64,000 bases of DNA from Marsupella aquatica. Lineage: Eukaryota > Plantae > Marchantiophyta. The position numbers and the translations under genes were made by a program. The notes under the pieces were generated by a model. It was not told the origin of the DNA. It ran no database searches and was given only the letters and a program-made list of their open reading frames with translations. Of this stretch, positions 38,240-50,475 are shown in pieces (position 1 is the first letter of the stretch; every line of letters starts with the position of its first letter). The DNA lies in assembly GCA_973895155.1 (NCBI GenBank), contig OZ316894.1, positions 3,310,944 through 3,374,943 on the forward strand. Reading direction: 5' to 3'.

Positions 38240-38780
38240 CATGCGTGGCCTGTCTAGACCAACACTGGTGCATGACTTGGCGATTACCCGTGACTATGTT
38301 GTCTTCATGGACTGTCCGCTGCGTCTCGATCCAAAGCGGATGGTCATGAAGGATCAAATTGCAATCGCTCACAGCACAAGCACGCCTTTCCGTTTAGGTC
38401 TACTGCCGAAATATGCCAAGGATGAAACGGAGATGCGCTGGTCCGACTTTCCTTCAGCCATCAATTTCCACGTCGCAAACGGATGGTAGGAAGGAGATGA
38501 AATCGTTTTAGTTACGTGCCGAATGCCAACAGTGGATCTGCTTCGGATCACTGACGCTTGCCCGCGATTGCACGAGTATCGGATCAACTGGAAGACTGGA
38601 GAGACTACGGACAGAAGGCTGGGGGAGTTCGATACTGAATATCCCGCGATTAACAAGAATTATATTGGCAAGAAGACCTGATACATCTACACAGCTACTC
38701 GTTCAGCTGCAGTCAACAGCCAATCTAGCAGATATGGAATCATTAAATTTGATTTGAGTAACGGACCGGAGTTGGGTAAA
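38240..38780 (+). pseudogene. Captured carotenoid cleavage dioxygenase (RPE65/CCD family) fragment
   Basis: PTLVHDLAITRDYVVFMDCPL, GLLPKYAKDETEMRW, FHVANGW*EGDEIVLVTCR, RLHEYRIN.KTG, EYPAIN.NY.G.KT*YIY, GIIKFDL; two in-frame stops. Confidence 0.85.
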
Positions 38781-38869
38781 GAAACACTGCAGGTCGGAGG
38801 GAATGTGGGAGGTGTCTTCTGGCATGGGCTTCAAACAATAGCAAGCAAGCACAAGCATGAAACAATAGC

Positions 38870-39835
38870 AAGCAACCAAGCACGATTGTCAAAGCAGAAA
38901 GCGCCCACCACCCGGTTGAGCAACGTACATAGCAATGCTGGCAGCAGCCCTGGCACTCCTGTTTGAGCAAGCATTGAGAGAGAGCAGCAACGCAGCACTC
39001 TCGCTCCCATTTCAGCAAGCTAGCATGCAGCTCCCATTTCAGCAAGGTAGCAGCTTCCGTTTCAGCAAGCAGCAACGCCACACTCCCGGCACCCACCTCC
39101 TGTTTGAGCAGCTGCAATGCAGCACTTGCAACAGCCACACTCCCGCCCGCACTCCCTGTTTGAGCAACAACACAGCAATCACATAAACTTTCCTATCATT
39201 TCAGCAAGAAGGAACGTAGCACACTCCCTCAACCACAGACAGTAGCGCACCTATACACTCCAACCTTGTAGCGCAACACTCTCGCCTGATCATTCACTCC
39301 AAGCAGCAGCGCAGCCGAGAAGTCTTGCTCTCCCCTTCACTCTAAGCAGCAGCGCAGTTGAGAACTCTTGCTCTCCCCTTCACTCTAAGCAGCAATGCAG
39401 CCGAGAACGACCTCGATCCTTCACTCCAAGTAGCAGCACGCAGCCGAGAACACTTGGTTGATCCTTCATGTCAAGCAGCAGCGGCAGCAGCGCAGCCACG
39501 AGCGCAACACTCTCGCTCTCCCCTTCACTCCAAGGCGTAGCCGATAACTCTTCAAAATCCTTCACTTCAAGCAGCAGCGACAGTAGCGCAGCCAAGAGCG
39601 CAACACTCGTTCTTGATCTCCCCTTCACTCCAAGATGCAGCTGACAACTCTCGCTCAATCCTTCGCGAGCAGCAGTGCAGCCTAGAAATGTTGGCACTTC
39701 ATCCTTCACTCCAAGTAGCCATAGCAGTAGCGCAGGCGAGAGCACAACACTCTCGCTCGATCCTTCTTCACTTGCATCCAAGGTCACAACACTGACTCTC
39801 TCTCGATCCTTCTTCGCTCCAAGCAGCAGCACACT
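38870..39835. repeat. Degenerate tandem array (ccttcactccaagcagcagcgcagcc and gtttgagca units)
   Basis: Many imperfect ~35-60 bp units; similar low-complexity units at ~52300-52520. Confidence 0.7.
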
Positions 39836-40691
39836 TGTTTAGACCCCCGTTTACACCATTTGCTGCGAGGTACAAACAAAAGAGTCTCTCGTCCCAAACA
39901 ACGGGTGGGGCCAAAGGGATAGTGGAGGGAAACCACACGGGAGGAGACTGACAAGGGCCAATTGAGGGAAACGAGACATGTTAACGGAACAATTCAAACT
40001 TAATCCCGGTCAAACCCTAAACATGAGTCCCCAAAAAACCAGACCCACTTAAATCATTCTCAAATTCTTCCCATGTTAAACATGACTTAGGAAATTATAT
40101 TGGGAATGTTATGTGTGCCATGTGTACCAATGATATAGTGACACGTGTAATTTACATAGTCCGATTCAAGGACCCCCTAACTTCCTTGTATGCCTTCCAT
40201 CTACATAGTCAAAAATATTAATATCCCTATTGTTCTTACAAGTTGTCCAACATATAAAGTCGACCCTATTGTTCTTACACAAATCTTCTTAAGTCTTCCG
40301 AGAAACCCAATTAACGGACGCTATACTTAGTCGCACGTGATATGAGATTTTTGCAAAGTGAGACCCTGAGTTCAGTTTGTGGCCCGGGAACGGTTGCGGC
40401 TTGACAACGCTCGGTCACTATGATTCTGAGCATGGTTCGTGGTTGAAATGGCTACAGTGACAAGTGACCCAATTTGGTCTTTGTAGGGCAGAACCTCACT
40501 CTATAATAACTTATAGAAGAACAAAGGGTATGGATCATAAAGAGGGGGTCGATTGGGGCAAAAATGTTTCTAGGGGGTTGATCAAGCAAACTATCTCCAG
40601 GAGGGGGTCTATTGAGCATATCCCTCCTTTTAAAGGACTAATGGAAAGTACTGAAAATGTCATTAAAATGGGGTTGACTACCCTCCCCAAA

Positions 40692-41000
40692 CTTGAGGTT
40701 TCACTTCCACAAAATGGCATATCACATCCGACGAAGTATAGGGTCATTTTATTGGTTCAAAGAAAAGACTTAAGAATTTTTTTAGAAGAATAATAGGGGG
40801 TTTTTAATCCAATTTTGAGACTTATAAGAACATTAGGGTCCTTATAACCAAATTTTTGGAATATTCCAACTTTATAATAATTTGTTTCTTACATTTTAGG
40901 GGGTTGAAAAATAATTTGTTTCTTACATTTTAGGGGGTTTGAGGCCTCAAAACGTCGTAGGTGATGGGGAGGCATCCATATAGTGAGACCGGCCCCCGAG
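40692..41000. mobile_element. 309-bp MITE of the P-like family
   Basis: Ends CTTGAGGTTTCACT / AGTGAGACCGGCCCCCGAG; exact 8-bp TSD TCCCCAAA (40684-40691, 41001-41008); empty paralogous site at ~43845-43860. Confidence 0.85.
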
Positions 41001-41008
41001 TCCCCAAA

Positions 41009-41950
41009 AGGCTAGGCACACTTCCACAAGTTTGAGGACAGTTCCAACAATGTTGTGCAAACTTCCAAAGACTTGGCATGCAAGATCTAACCTTGAAATT
41101 GTTTCCAAACAATCCTAACCATGCCATGTCATATTTTGGTCATTATGAAATATTCTTGGAATATGGACAAGGAATATGTCCTTTTTGTGTAGAAATGGGA
41201 CTAATTTCAGTAACCCTCAAAGTTTGTGTGACACAAGGCAATACAAGACACACAAACTTTTCAGATATGAAAAAACTCAAGCTTTGCATTTCCTTCCGCA
41301 CCAAGCTTCCATTCCTGATTTTATTGTCTTCCTTCTCTTCTCATGCATCCACATTAAAAAAAAGTCATTATCTTCAGTAGGACAGATCTAGCCATAAAAA
41401 AGCAAAAATACTAGCCAAACAAAAAGAAGGGGACGTTCAATCATGACGAACAAACTGTGTGCTCTAAGATCTCTACAATGCACTCCAAAGTCCAGCGGCG
41501 GTCCTCCTAGCCAACATTGTCCTTCCACACTCTTGGTATGGCATCAAAGTGTTTAAACTGAACATTGGAATTGGGCAGTACGTTGGCTGTCCCTTAAGTT
41601 CTTGGCCCCGTTCTTGGCTTGAACCCCAAATATAATCTGAATACTAAAAACCCCGCCAAACCTAACCTAACCCTCAATTTCTACCAAAGTTCCAATAGCC
41701 TTCTTTGGTTACGCCCTTCCATAGCCCTTCTATAGCCCTCCAATAATAGCAATAGCAACTGAGGCCACGTACATTAATTGTTTAGTCCCTAAATATAAAG
41801 GCCCAAACCCTAGCTACACCCATGCATACTTTTAGCTATTTTATTGGGACAGATTAAAACTACTATTCTCCCGACTATTCTTTGTGATTGAATACACGTG
41901 TACCAATGGCATAGTGACAAGTGTACCGGCAATTAGAACATGCCATGTGT
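41009..41950. repeat. Dispersed repeat (continuation of the host repeat)
   Basis: 41009-41195 matches ~43857-44040; 41226-41950 matches ~54463-55200. Confidence 0.8.
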
Positions 41951-41952
41951 CC

Positions 41953-42352
41953 TACAGTCTATGGTTCTAAGGACCTGGCTTCCCTTTCTGAGACTTTCTT
42001 GTATCAATAGGTCAGCTTCTTTCTTTTTGGAAATTTTCTTGTTACCAACCAATAGGTCAGCTTCTTCCCTTTTCGAGATTTTCTTGTACCAATACATCAG
42101 CTTCTAGATTGACTCAGCTCATTTCCACGAGTCTGATCCCCAAAAATAGACTTTTCTCTCCGAGACTTTCTTTAATTAACAAGTCAGCTTTCAGATTGAC
42201 TCTGCTCCCTTCCAAGATTGTAATCCCAGGAAATCCCTCATTCTTGAGGAAATGTTAAAAAAAGGCTAGATTTGGCCTCTTTCCCTTGTCTAGTCTTAGT
42301 GATAGTGCTCATGGACATTTGCTTTCAATACCTATATCTATGCTCGAGACAA
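41953..42352. repeat. Dispersed repeat with internal aataggtcagcttct units
   Basis: Second copy at ~55994-56473. Confidence 0.8.
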
Positions 42353-43099
42353 TGGGAATAATTTCTCTAACATAATTTGTAATACTTGCAGTGAACTGCA
42401 ACAACGAGCGGCTCGTCTTCAGGAGCCAAAGAGGAAAATATTGGACCTGTTCATACGGGATGAACTCATAAAGATCACACTCAAGGGAGGCTTTTGTATC
42501 ATTCTTGGAGGTCACACTCTGTTGCTCATCCGAAGGAGTCAATATGCATAATCCATGACAAAATGGACCATTGTAAAACACTACTCTAATGCCATGGCTG
42601 CCCAAAGAATGTGACGGTGCACTACGACTTCCTACCACAGTCACTGGGATTTGGACACATGGCCATGGCCCAAAAGCTGCCGCTTAGTATAATTTGGCAT
42701 GTTGGCCATCGGATTCAAACTCAAGTATTGGTTCCATTGACTCAATTCTAAGGATATTGGAAAATCCAGAACTCATGACCAATTCGCTTCTAGAAGGATC
42801 GGACCTGATTCAACAAACGTGTTTGGTAACATTTTTATATGGAAGGAAATATGTCCTAACAAAAGGATGATGTTTAGAAAACATTTTTGGAGGATACAAC
42901 TTTTATTGCCTACCAAGGTAGACTTCTTTAGTCTCATAGATTCTACTATTTTGTTTGATACCAAATAATTTTGAACAGAAAACTGTATCTCCAAGGAAGA
43001 GTTTATGTTACCATTGACATTTCAGCAGAACATGCTTTGTTTGTTGATTATGTACAGGCGATTCAACTTTGCGGCCACGACCTGACTGTTACAGACCTG

Positions 43100-44370
43100 T
43101 CCAACGGACTTCAAAACTACAGCTTGACAATGCCCCAAACAATAACCAAAACTGCTTTGTCATGGCTTATTTGTCACTTTAACAGCAAACCAAGGTTTTG
43201 AGGAGGTTCAACTTGGGTTTCTTATGGTTGGTCACACACATGAAGATGTTGACGCAATGTTTGGGAATTTATCAGAATCTTTGATGCATAATCCGACTTG
43301 GACATTACCAGATTTGATGACCTTGTTCATGAAGAGGAGGACACCATTCAAGTCCCCTTTCGCATGTTGTTCAAGAGGTACCTTAGACTTTAAATTTCTT
43401 TGGTCAGGGCCTGATTCATTGGTTGAACACAAAAAAGCGTGTCTGTTCCATTTCTATGTTAGACATGATGGCATGTCATGCATGCTTTCAATATCAACTA
43501 AAGTGAAATGATGATGTACCTTGGCTGCCCAATGATGGCATTGAAATGTGGTCATGGACAAAAGATATATGGCTATCCATTAACCTTCCAACTGGAGTGT
43601 CAAAGCGACTACCTATGACTGAGATAAAAATGTTGGCTGATGCACGCATCAAGGGATACAAAAGCATTTGAAGTGCTTCCAATTGATTAGAGATAGAAGT
43701 GCTACAGGTCAACTGCAAGATTGAGGGGTACCAAAGGAGCCTGTCTGAACTAATCTTGGTCATAGGAGCCAATCTGAGCTAAGTACAACCACTTTAAACT
43801 ATTGATGGAAATGACTGAAAATGTCATTAAAATGGGGTTGACTAGTACCCTCCCAATAGGTTGGACATGCTTCTTCAAGGTTGGGGGCACTGTCAACAAT
43901 GTTGTGCACACTTCCAAAGACTTGGCATGCAAGTTCTAACTTGTAAAGTTTTCCAAACAATCCTAACCATGTCATGTCACATTTTGGTCATTATGGAATA
44001 TTCTTAGAATATGGACAAGGAATATGTCCTCTCTGTGTAGAGAACCTGGGAGACTTTTAAGTACCCTTCAATCTTGCTTTTGACCTATAGATGATTTAAA
44101 AGAATCTTGGGATGATCTCATCAAATATTGGAAGAGTGTGCTAGCAATGTCGGAAATAGAGGTTGTGCAATATCGAGTTGAAGATGAACCAGAATAGAAG
44201 AGTGGATTTTGGCCGAGGACAAATTTGAGAGACAATGTTTCTATAGCTTTCAGGAATGTTGCATATGAACTGGATCCAAAAGAAGACTATGTTGGACCAG
44301 TGAAGAACAAGCCTCATAAAGCCTTTAAGCCATGGGTAGATATTGTGAAGGGACAGTTTGTCTCTTATAC
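43100..44370 (+). pseudogene. Degraded DDD-type transposase remnant (Sola-like / DUF7869-like), interrupted by a repeat at ~43765-44050
   Basis: KLQLDNAP.N.QN.FVMAYLS...FEEVQLGFLMVGHTHEDVDAMF motif; multiple frameshifts. Confidence 0.6.
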
Positions 44371-47300
44371 AAGTATTGTTTTATAATGATGCAAAGACTA
44401 AACTAATTAAGGATCAATGAGGGTCTATCATTCTCCTTATTGTGTCAAGAGAGGTATTTTAAGAATGAAATTCTTATGGATGGTGATTTATGTTGCAAAG
44501 GACTCAATTAGACTTAATTAGAGTTAATATTAATTAGTTAATTCTGTTAAATATATTTAGGAAATACTGGAGCCTGGTATTGTCAAAATGGAGGTTTTGG
44601 TTTGTTCCTAGGTGTCAGTAATGTTTTTCAAGGATCAGACACATAGGCCAAATTCTGATCCATACAACACCTTAAATTGCCTCTAGCCATATAAAGGGGG
44701 AAGTGTCCAAGAGTTCTCCGTTTTTCACTTTCCTCTCATGAATTCATCTTCTCTCCTATTCCATATTGCTCCACAATTCAGGAAAGGATACTGTTTAGTG
44801 TGAAACCTGGTGTAACCAGGTTTTTGTCATGGCTAGTGGTGGTTTAAAAACAAAAGACAATTGCCACTGCTTGTAGAACATGTGACTGCACTTGAATGCT
44901 TTTAGTTTTTCCTTATCTCCCTAGCTTTAATCTAATAGAGTCAATGAGTAGAACACACTCACCTGGGGCCAAGTCGCCAAAGGTGCCACAAATGGTTGAG
45001 GCTGACTAGTCTTCTTTTGCTGCCAGTGGGGGCAGTGTCATTCGATCTGCCAACAAATGATAATGAAATCTTGTAACCCATTAGTGTAGTTTTGCGGTTG
45101 TGTTTCAATTGTTCTTACTGTCTGTTATGTTATATATATTGGCACCGGAATGCAATGAACTCATCTAGGAAGGAACGTAGATTTAACAGGATCCACCAGA
45201 ACGAATTCCTTGCAGGTACATACGCCCGTGATCGATGTATATACCAGTTGGTCCTTTAAACAGAATACCACTTTGTTTTGAGGGGTTTACAATTTGGATA
45301 CTAACAGGCTGAGAACGTGTGAAATTAGTCATAGAGATATTTACACTGTCTATAAATCCCGCGTAAGTATTACTTCTAGGATACGAGTTTCCAGTGCGTT
45401 TCCCAAGTCTCTTGTGCTCAAATAGTTGTCTCCTCAAGAGATGCCGGCTGGTGGCCTAACCAAGTCTCTCTCCGGAACTTGTACGTTTTGCAAAATTTGT
45501 TTCTCTTCCAGGGCTTCAATTGGCACCTTCCGATTCAACCTCGACTGTTTTGCTGTCCATGTTTTCATATGGAAATGCCAGCCGATGATCACGAAGAATT
45601 CTGGTCATAAATCCGCTGCTATATATGAGGTGTGATTGACCTGGGGATTGACAACCACCCAAATTTCGAAAGATGATCAGAACGCATGATTCAATTTGAA
45701 CCACCGGATAATCAAGAGGCAGCCAGAAGAGATTCCAGTACTAACCACAATTATTTGTGAAAGAAATTATTAAGCGATCAGAAGCCTATAACTGAAGAAT
45801 TAAACAACCCACTGTCGGCTGAGGGGAAATTCCATGGCTATTCGGACAAGTCCATGAGACCTTCCCCAACCGCATGTGCTCCAAGTTTTAGCTACAGTAC
45901 TGCGTCCAGCATAATTCATCGTCGAAATGTCTGTCAGGCCAGGGCCTAATACAACTCAGTCACAAAAATCTTGATCAATTAGAGATTAACGTCTTACTGC
46001 TGTTAATTGTAGTCAGGTTAACTGCAGATGTAGAGAAAGATTGAATCGAAAGATTGCGTGAAGTCTAGCAGTCTACGTATATATACATAGTTTCAACAAC
46101 CCAAAAATATTTGCACATCTTTGAATTATTTCTGACGTAGGAGACGCAGCTCCACAAAGAAACTGAAGTCCGTGTACTGGAAGGTGAGCTGCACCATTGA
46201 GGCCAGACCAGGCTTCTATAGTCGAAGGTTTCTGTGTTCGATCCCGCTACAGAACACAACTCAGTTATGATTTTGCCGGCTCTGGACATGTCAATGTGGA
46301 GCGAATTCTTTTAATAATTGAACAGCAAATTTGTGAAACACAATTCTGACCTGGAATGAGAGATGTGAGATTGACAGTAAACTAAGATTACAGAAGACGG
46401 GGCCGAAAAGTGATGTCGGTATGGCATCACCCCATCGGGGAACTCAGGAGACACAAATATGTCAGTTCTTGTCGTAAGTCCACTTGTTTTTATGGAGACA
46501 GTACATAGAACAAGGGGCTTCACTCCCGGCTAGGTCAATTAAATAATGTTTTGGGCATCCCCTATGTTTGTTACTAGCCCAATGCTCTTGTCTTACACCA
46601 TCTTCATTGAGATTATGCTTTACTTGTGGTCGGGTTATCACTGTTACTATTCACTGTTACTATTTTTATTGTCCTTGTGGTTGGGTGATGGATTCTGGCC
46701 ATTAAAAATTAACCATAGGTTTTTCAAAAGGTTCAATATAAGTTTTTCTTTTCTTTTCTTTTCTCACTAGCCTCTAGTGACTTATGGTCATGACATATGA
46801 TGAATCTTTATGACGAAAGGTGATGGATCATGACTTTAGTGTTCATAATCTTTTCTATCCCTAAATTTTAAAACAACTACCGAATTAAAGGCCAATCAAG
46901 TTTTGACATTTCAGAGCCCATACTAAAACGGAGCCGATACGTTTAGCTTTCGACGATTGTCTAACAGTCACCGAACTACTCTAGCTGCAACTCCGATTCA
47001 TTCACCCCCAAGATTTGGGTGAGTCTGTGCCAGCTTGCACTCGTTCTAAGATTTTATTGCTTTTGAATAGAAAACCTCCTCCGCTGTAAGAGAAGCATTG
47101 ATTGCACAGCTATTAATTGGAGAACTGTGCTCCTTCTGCTACAGCAGTTCGACAGGCTGTTTACAGAACCCTGCCTAGTCAGTGGGCATGCAAGATCCTT
47201 CATTAATGGGAATGCCAGTGGAACAGCTCTGGATAATATTAATTTTACTTCCGAACTTGATTTCCAAACTCAGACGAGACCTCCCGGAGTACCACGTTTC

Positions 47301-47972
47301 TCAGGTCCGTGTCTAAAACTGTCTCTACTCCGTATTTAAACTGTCCCTAGCCCGAGGAGGGTCATTCAATCAAGGTAATTCGAAGGTATGAAGCTGGGGT
47401 CGGATGGTTTTGCAAAGAGATAGCTCGTCAAGATATATAGCACTTGCACTTCGGTCCAAGAGCTCCAATCGTAGGTGTTGCGAGACTTCGAGGTAAGGCA
47501 TTACAAGAATATATGCGGTATGTAGACTGGCGAGTGGTGACTGCACATTTGCTTCTCTCCAAACTCCTAACTTAAGTTTTATTATTAGTTCGTGGCAGAG
47601 ATGACTTCGATCCCAATGCACCATTATCGACCGTGAACGAACGTGAGCAGGGAGATGCATTTTCTGTCAATGCCTGATGCTACATTACTGTCAACATACG
47701 CGGTCGAGAGAAGTTTGTCTGCGTGCACCCAGTTCGTCTAATTATGCAAATGAATGTCGTCATATGAGTTGAATTGAAATCCAGTAGTGACAAGGTACTT
47801 GATTGGTTTGAATTGCAGGGGCTCGGACCAAGATTTATAGAAGGCTACGACAGCGATCGTCGAATCTGTAGGAAATTCCAGGGCTACGCAACTAGCTCCT
47901 AGTCTCGTTCAGTTTCGCACTAAGTAACTGGGAATAGTCGCTTGCGTTGAAGTTGAATTTCAACACTCAAAA

Positions 47973-48908
47973 ATGGATCAGCATCACAATCCAATTTTCC
48001 TTCATCTCTTAGTACTCGTGTTCGTGGGCTTTGCCCTCCTCCCTCCCGCCTCTTCTTCGAAACCCCCCACGATCAGTCCCCATGGCACCCTCTCCATTCG
48101 CACATCCGGCAATATAACCACTGTAGTTATCTACAACCCGCCAATAAACCTCTTCGACTTGAAGCTCGGAGCGGATCTGTTTGCCTTCTTAAGCTCCCTA
48201 GATCCCTCTAACCGCACCACGCCACCGCCCAAGGTGGTGATCTTTCGCAGCGGCGATCCTGAACTCTTCATAGCGCATCTCGACCTCCACGCGTTTCTGC
48301 CCCCTATTACACCTGAGAAGACTCTTCTGACGCAACTGTACCTAAGCGGGCTTGCTCTACTGCAAAATTTGACGACGACTGTGTTCATTGGGGAACTCAA
48401 TGGGGAAACGACCGCCGGTGGCAGTGACTTTCTTCTCCAAATGGACATGCGATTTGCAGGCCCGAAAGCACGCCTTGGGTCGTTGGAGACGTCAATTGGC
48501 CTTACGTTGGCCTCAGGCGGGATGCAGTATCTTGGTCGGCTGATCAACAAGGGGAGGGCCATGCAGTATCTGCTCTCGGGAGATAGCGTGGACTGCAAGA
48601 CCGGGAAGGAGAACGGCTTGTTCAATGATTGTTTTCGGAGCCAGGAGGAATTGGAGGAGACTGTTTTCGCGTTGGCGAAGAGGATTGCCTTGAGGCCGGA
48701 GCAAGGACTGCAAGGGACCAAGGTCGCGCTGCAATCGCTAAATCCCCCCGCCAGCGTGCTTGCGGCAGACCAGATTGCTATTCAGCCGTTGTTTGCGAGT
48801 CCAGTAACGCTTGCGTTGATCCAAAAGTTCCTGGTGCTGGATAAGAATCAAACGAGGAGCCCGTTTGAGTTGGGGTTGGATGCTACGCTCGCAGAATTAT
48901 ATCAGTAG
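47973..48908 (+). CDS. Enoyl-CoA hydratase/isomerase (crotonase) family protein with N-terminal signal peptide, intronless
   Basis: 311-aa ORF with hydrophobic leader; NPPINLFD, KVVIFRSGDPELFIAHLDL, GGSDFLLQMDMRFAG, LETSIGL...GG...L.RLI..GRAMQYLLSG. Confidence 0.88.
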   Translation: MDQHHNPIFLHLLVLVFVGFALLPPASSSKPPTISPHGTLSIRTSGNITTVVIYNPPINLFDLKLGADLFAFLSSLDPSNRTTPPPKVVIFRSGDPELFIAHLDLHAFLPPITPEKTLLTQLYLSGLALLQNLTTTVFIGELNGETTAGGSDFLLQMDMRFAGPKARLGSLETSIGLTLASGGMQYLGRLINKGRAMQYLLSGDSVDCKTGKENGLFNDCFRSQEELEETVFALAKRIALRPEQGLQGTKVALQSLNPPASVLAADQIAIQPLFASPVTLALIQKFLVLDKNQTRSPFELGLDATLAELYQ

Positions 48909-50475
48909 GTCAATGAAGAACTTCCGGTCAATGAAGAACTTCCAGCTTTTTATAAAGAAATGTCGTGAGTTACATTCTCAAAACAGTAATCTCAACGAGC
49001 CGCAACGTTGAGGGTTTACCTGAACCCTTGGTTTGGCACCGTCAGAAGACTGCCCGATTTGTTTTCCCTTATGGTCTTTAAGGTTAGTGATGGAAGCGGG
49101 ACGCTGCAGCTATAGACCATTTTACTGCTTAGAGATCTTGGTTTCCCGTATTTTAGTTTCATATCTACATATCAAAAGCCGAGTAAAATGTCTGATACAA
49201 CTGTGAATACCATTAGCATGCATTCCCCCAGCGGATTCGTGGGCTTATTGGGCTGTCATGATGTGAGATTCACAGGCTCTAAGGTTAAAGTTTTTGGTTA
49301 CTTTAAAGGAGGACCAACAATGGCCACCATAAACATCACAGATTTGAATCACCCGAGCACAGAAATTCATCCACGGTGCAGATCTAGAAATTGTTGATTT
49401 AATTGGTTTCTTGCCAAGTCGAGAGAGCCTTTTTGTGATGCATTCTTGAGGTTAAAGCTCCCGTACAGTGGGACTGGTTTCTTTCCGCTTGAATTGGAAG
49501 GGATGCTCCCACACAGAGCACTTACGTAATTTGAGCATACATTGTATATTCTTTGCTGGCCGCATCTGGGCCCTTGTTCGTATACTTTATTGCCCACTTC
49601 TGGTCCCAGAAATCTGGCTTCAATTATTTCATACTCATTCCACTGTTATATAATTCTTTGCGCCCCGAAATCTGATTTAACACCGTTATCTTTCGTGGTT
49701 TATGAAGTCTGTCGAACTCTCGATCTGCACACTACTCTTCGTTTTTTCTGCTGCCTGTGTTTAACCAGGGGGCAATCGAATCAGACAGACAGTACCACCA
49801 CCACTCACACATAGAGTTGGCTTTCACGGATTTCATTGTCCTGAGTGGTGGAATTGGATCCAATTCGAAACTTCACTTCAGCAGCGATCTTGCAATTCCC
49901 TGCGCTTCCCAATTCCAGTCAGCACAATAGATAATATTGCATGTAGTTACTATCCGGGTTCATAGCAAGTGCGCGGTCAAAAAAGACATCCCGAAACTCT
50001 ATCTACATCATCAATTGTGCACTTGGTGGGAACTTCTCAGAGGTACTGTTATGTGGTATCTGTGGATGCGAAGGCGTCAAGTCGCACAAATGTGGTCCAA
50101 CTTTACAGCAAAATTTTGGCATTTCATAGAGAAACCTGATCAAATTGAAGGCAGCAGATGCCACAAAAACTCAGCTGCTATGGTCCCCGCTATGGTCTCA
50201 ATTCAACGTATTTGTGTAGTTCACCTGTGGATCGTTGTAGCCTGTGTGGCAGTTTCTCGGCCTAAGGTTCTAATTTGGATGAGTGTGATTTTAAGGATAG
50301 TTGAGAGTCTGGTCTGGCGATTTCTCGCTTAAAGAGATGAATGCCTGCGGATCCTCCTGGTTTGCAGTATGTGATAATCACAACACTGTAAGCAACTCTC
50401 CTTTTAAAATGAGATACTTTCTAATTCTTTTAAAAGAGCACTTGCCTTTTAGGAGCTACAGGCTGTCATTATCAA

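Larger units (their letters stand above)
18854..40370 (-). mobile_element. 21.5-kb DNA transposon with 8-bp TSD and a P-element-like transposase
   Basis: TIRs CTCGGGGGTCTCACT / AGTGAGACCCTGAG; exact TSD TTCAGTTT at 18846-18853 and 40371-40378. Removing it restores the foldback right arm. Confidence 0.88.
301..40628. mobile_element. Non-coding foldback (long-TIR) element, originally ~1.4 kb, split by two large nested insertions
   Basis: Left arm is 301-546 + 17949-18284; right arm is 18497-18853 + 40379-40628, its reverse complement; spacer ~210 bp. Empty-site paralogue at ~43770-43830. TSD is AT-rich and not cleanly resolved. Confidence 0.8.

Noticed and set aside
41951-41967. TA|CAGTCTATGG as a Tc1/mariner-type left terminus (also at ~55994)
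   Set aside because: No matching inverted right end was found in the window.
45183-46523. Possible degraded gene on the minus strand
   Set aside because: Protein-like fragments with stops, but no recognisable family or consistent frame.
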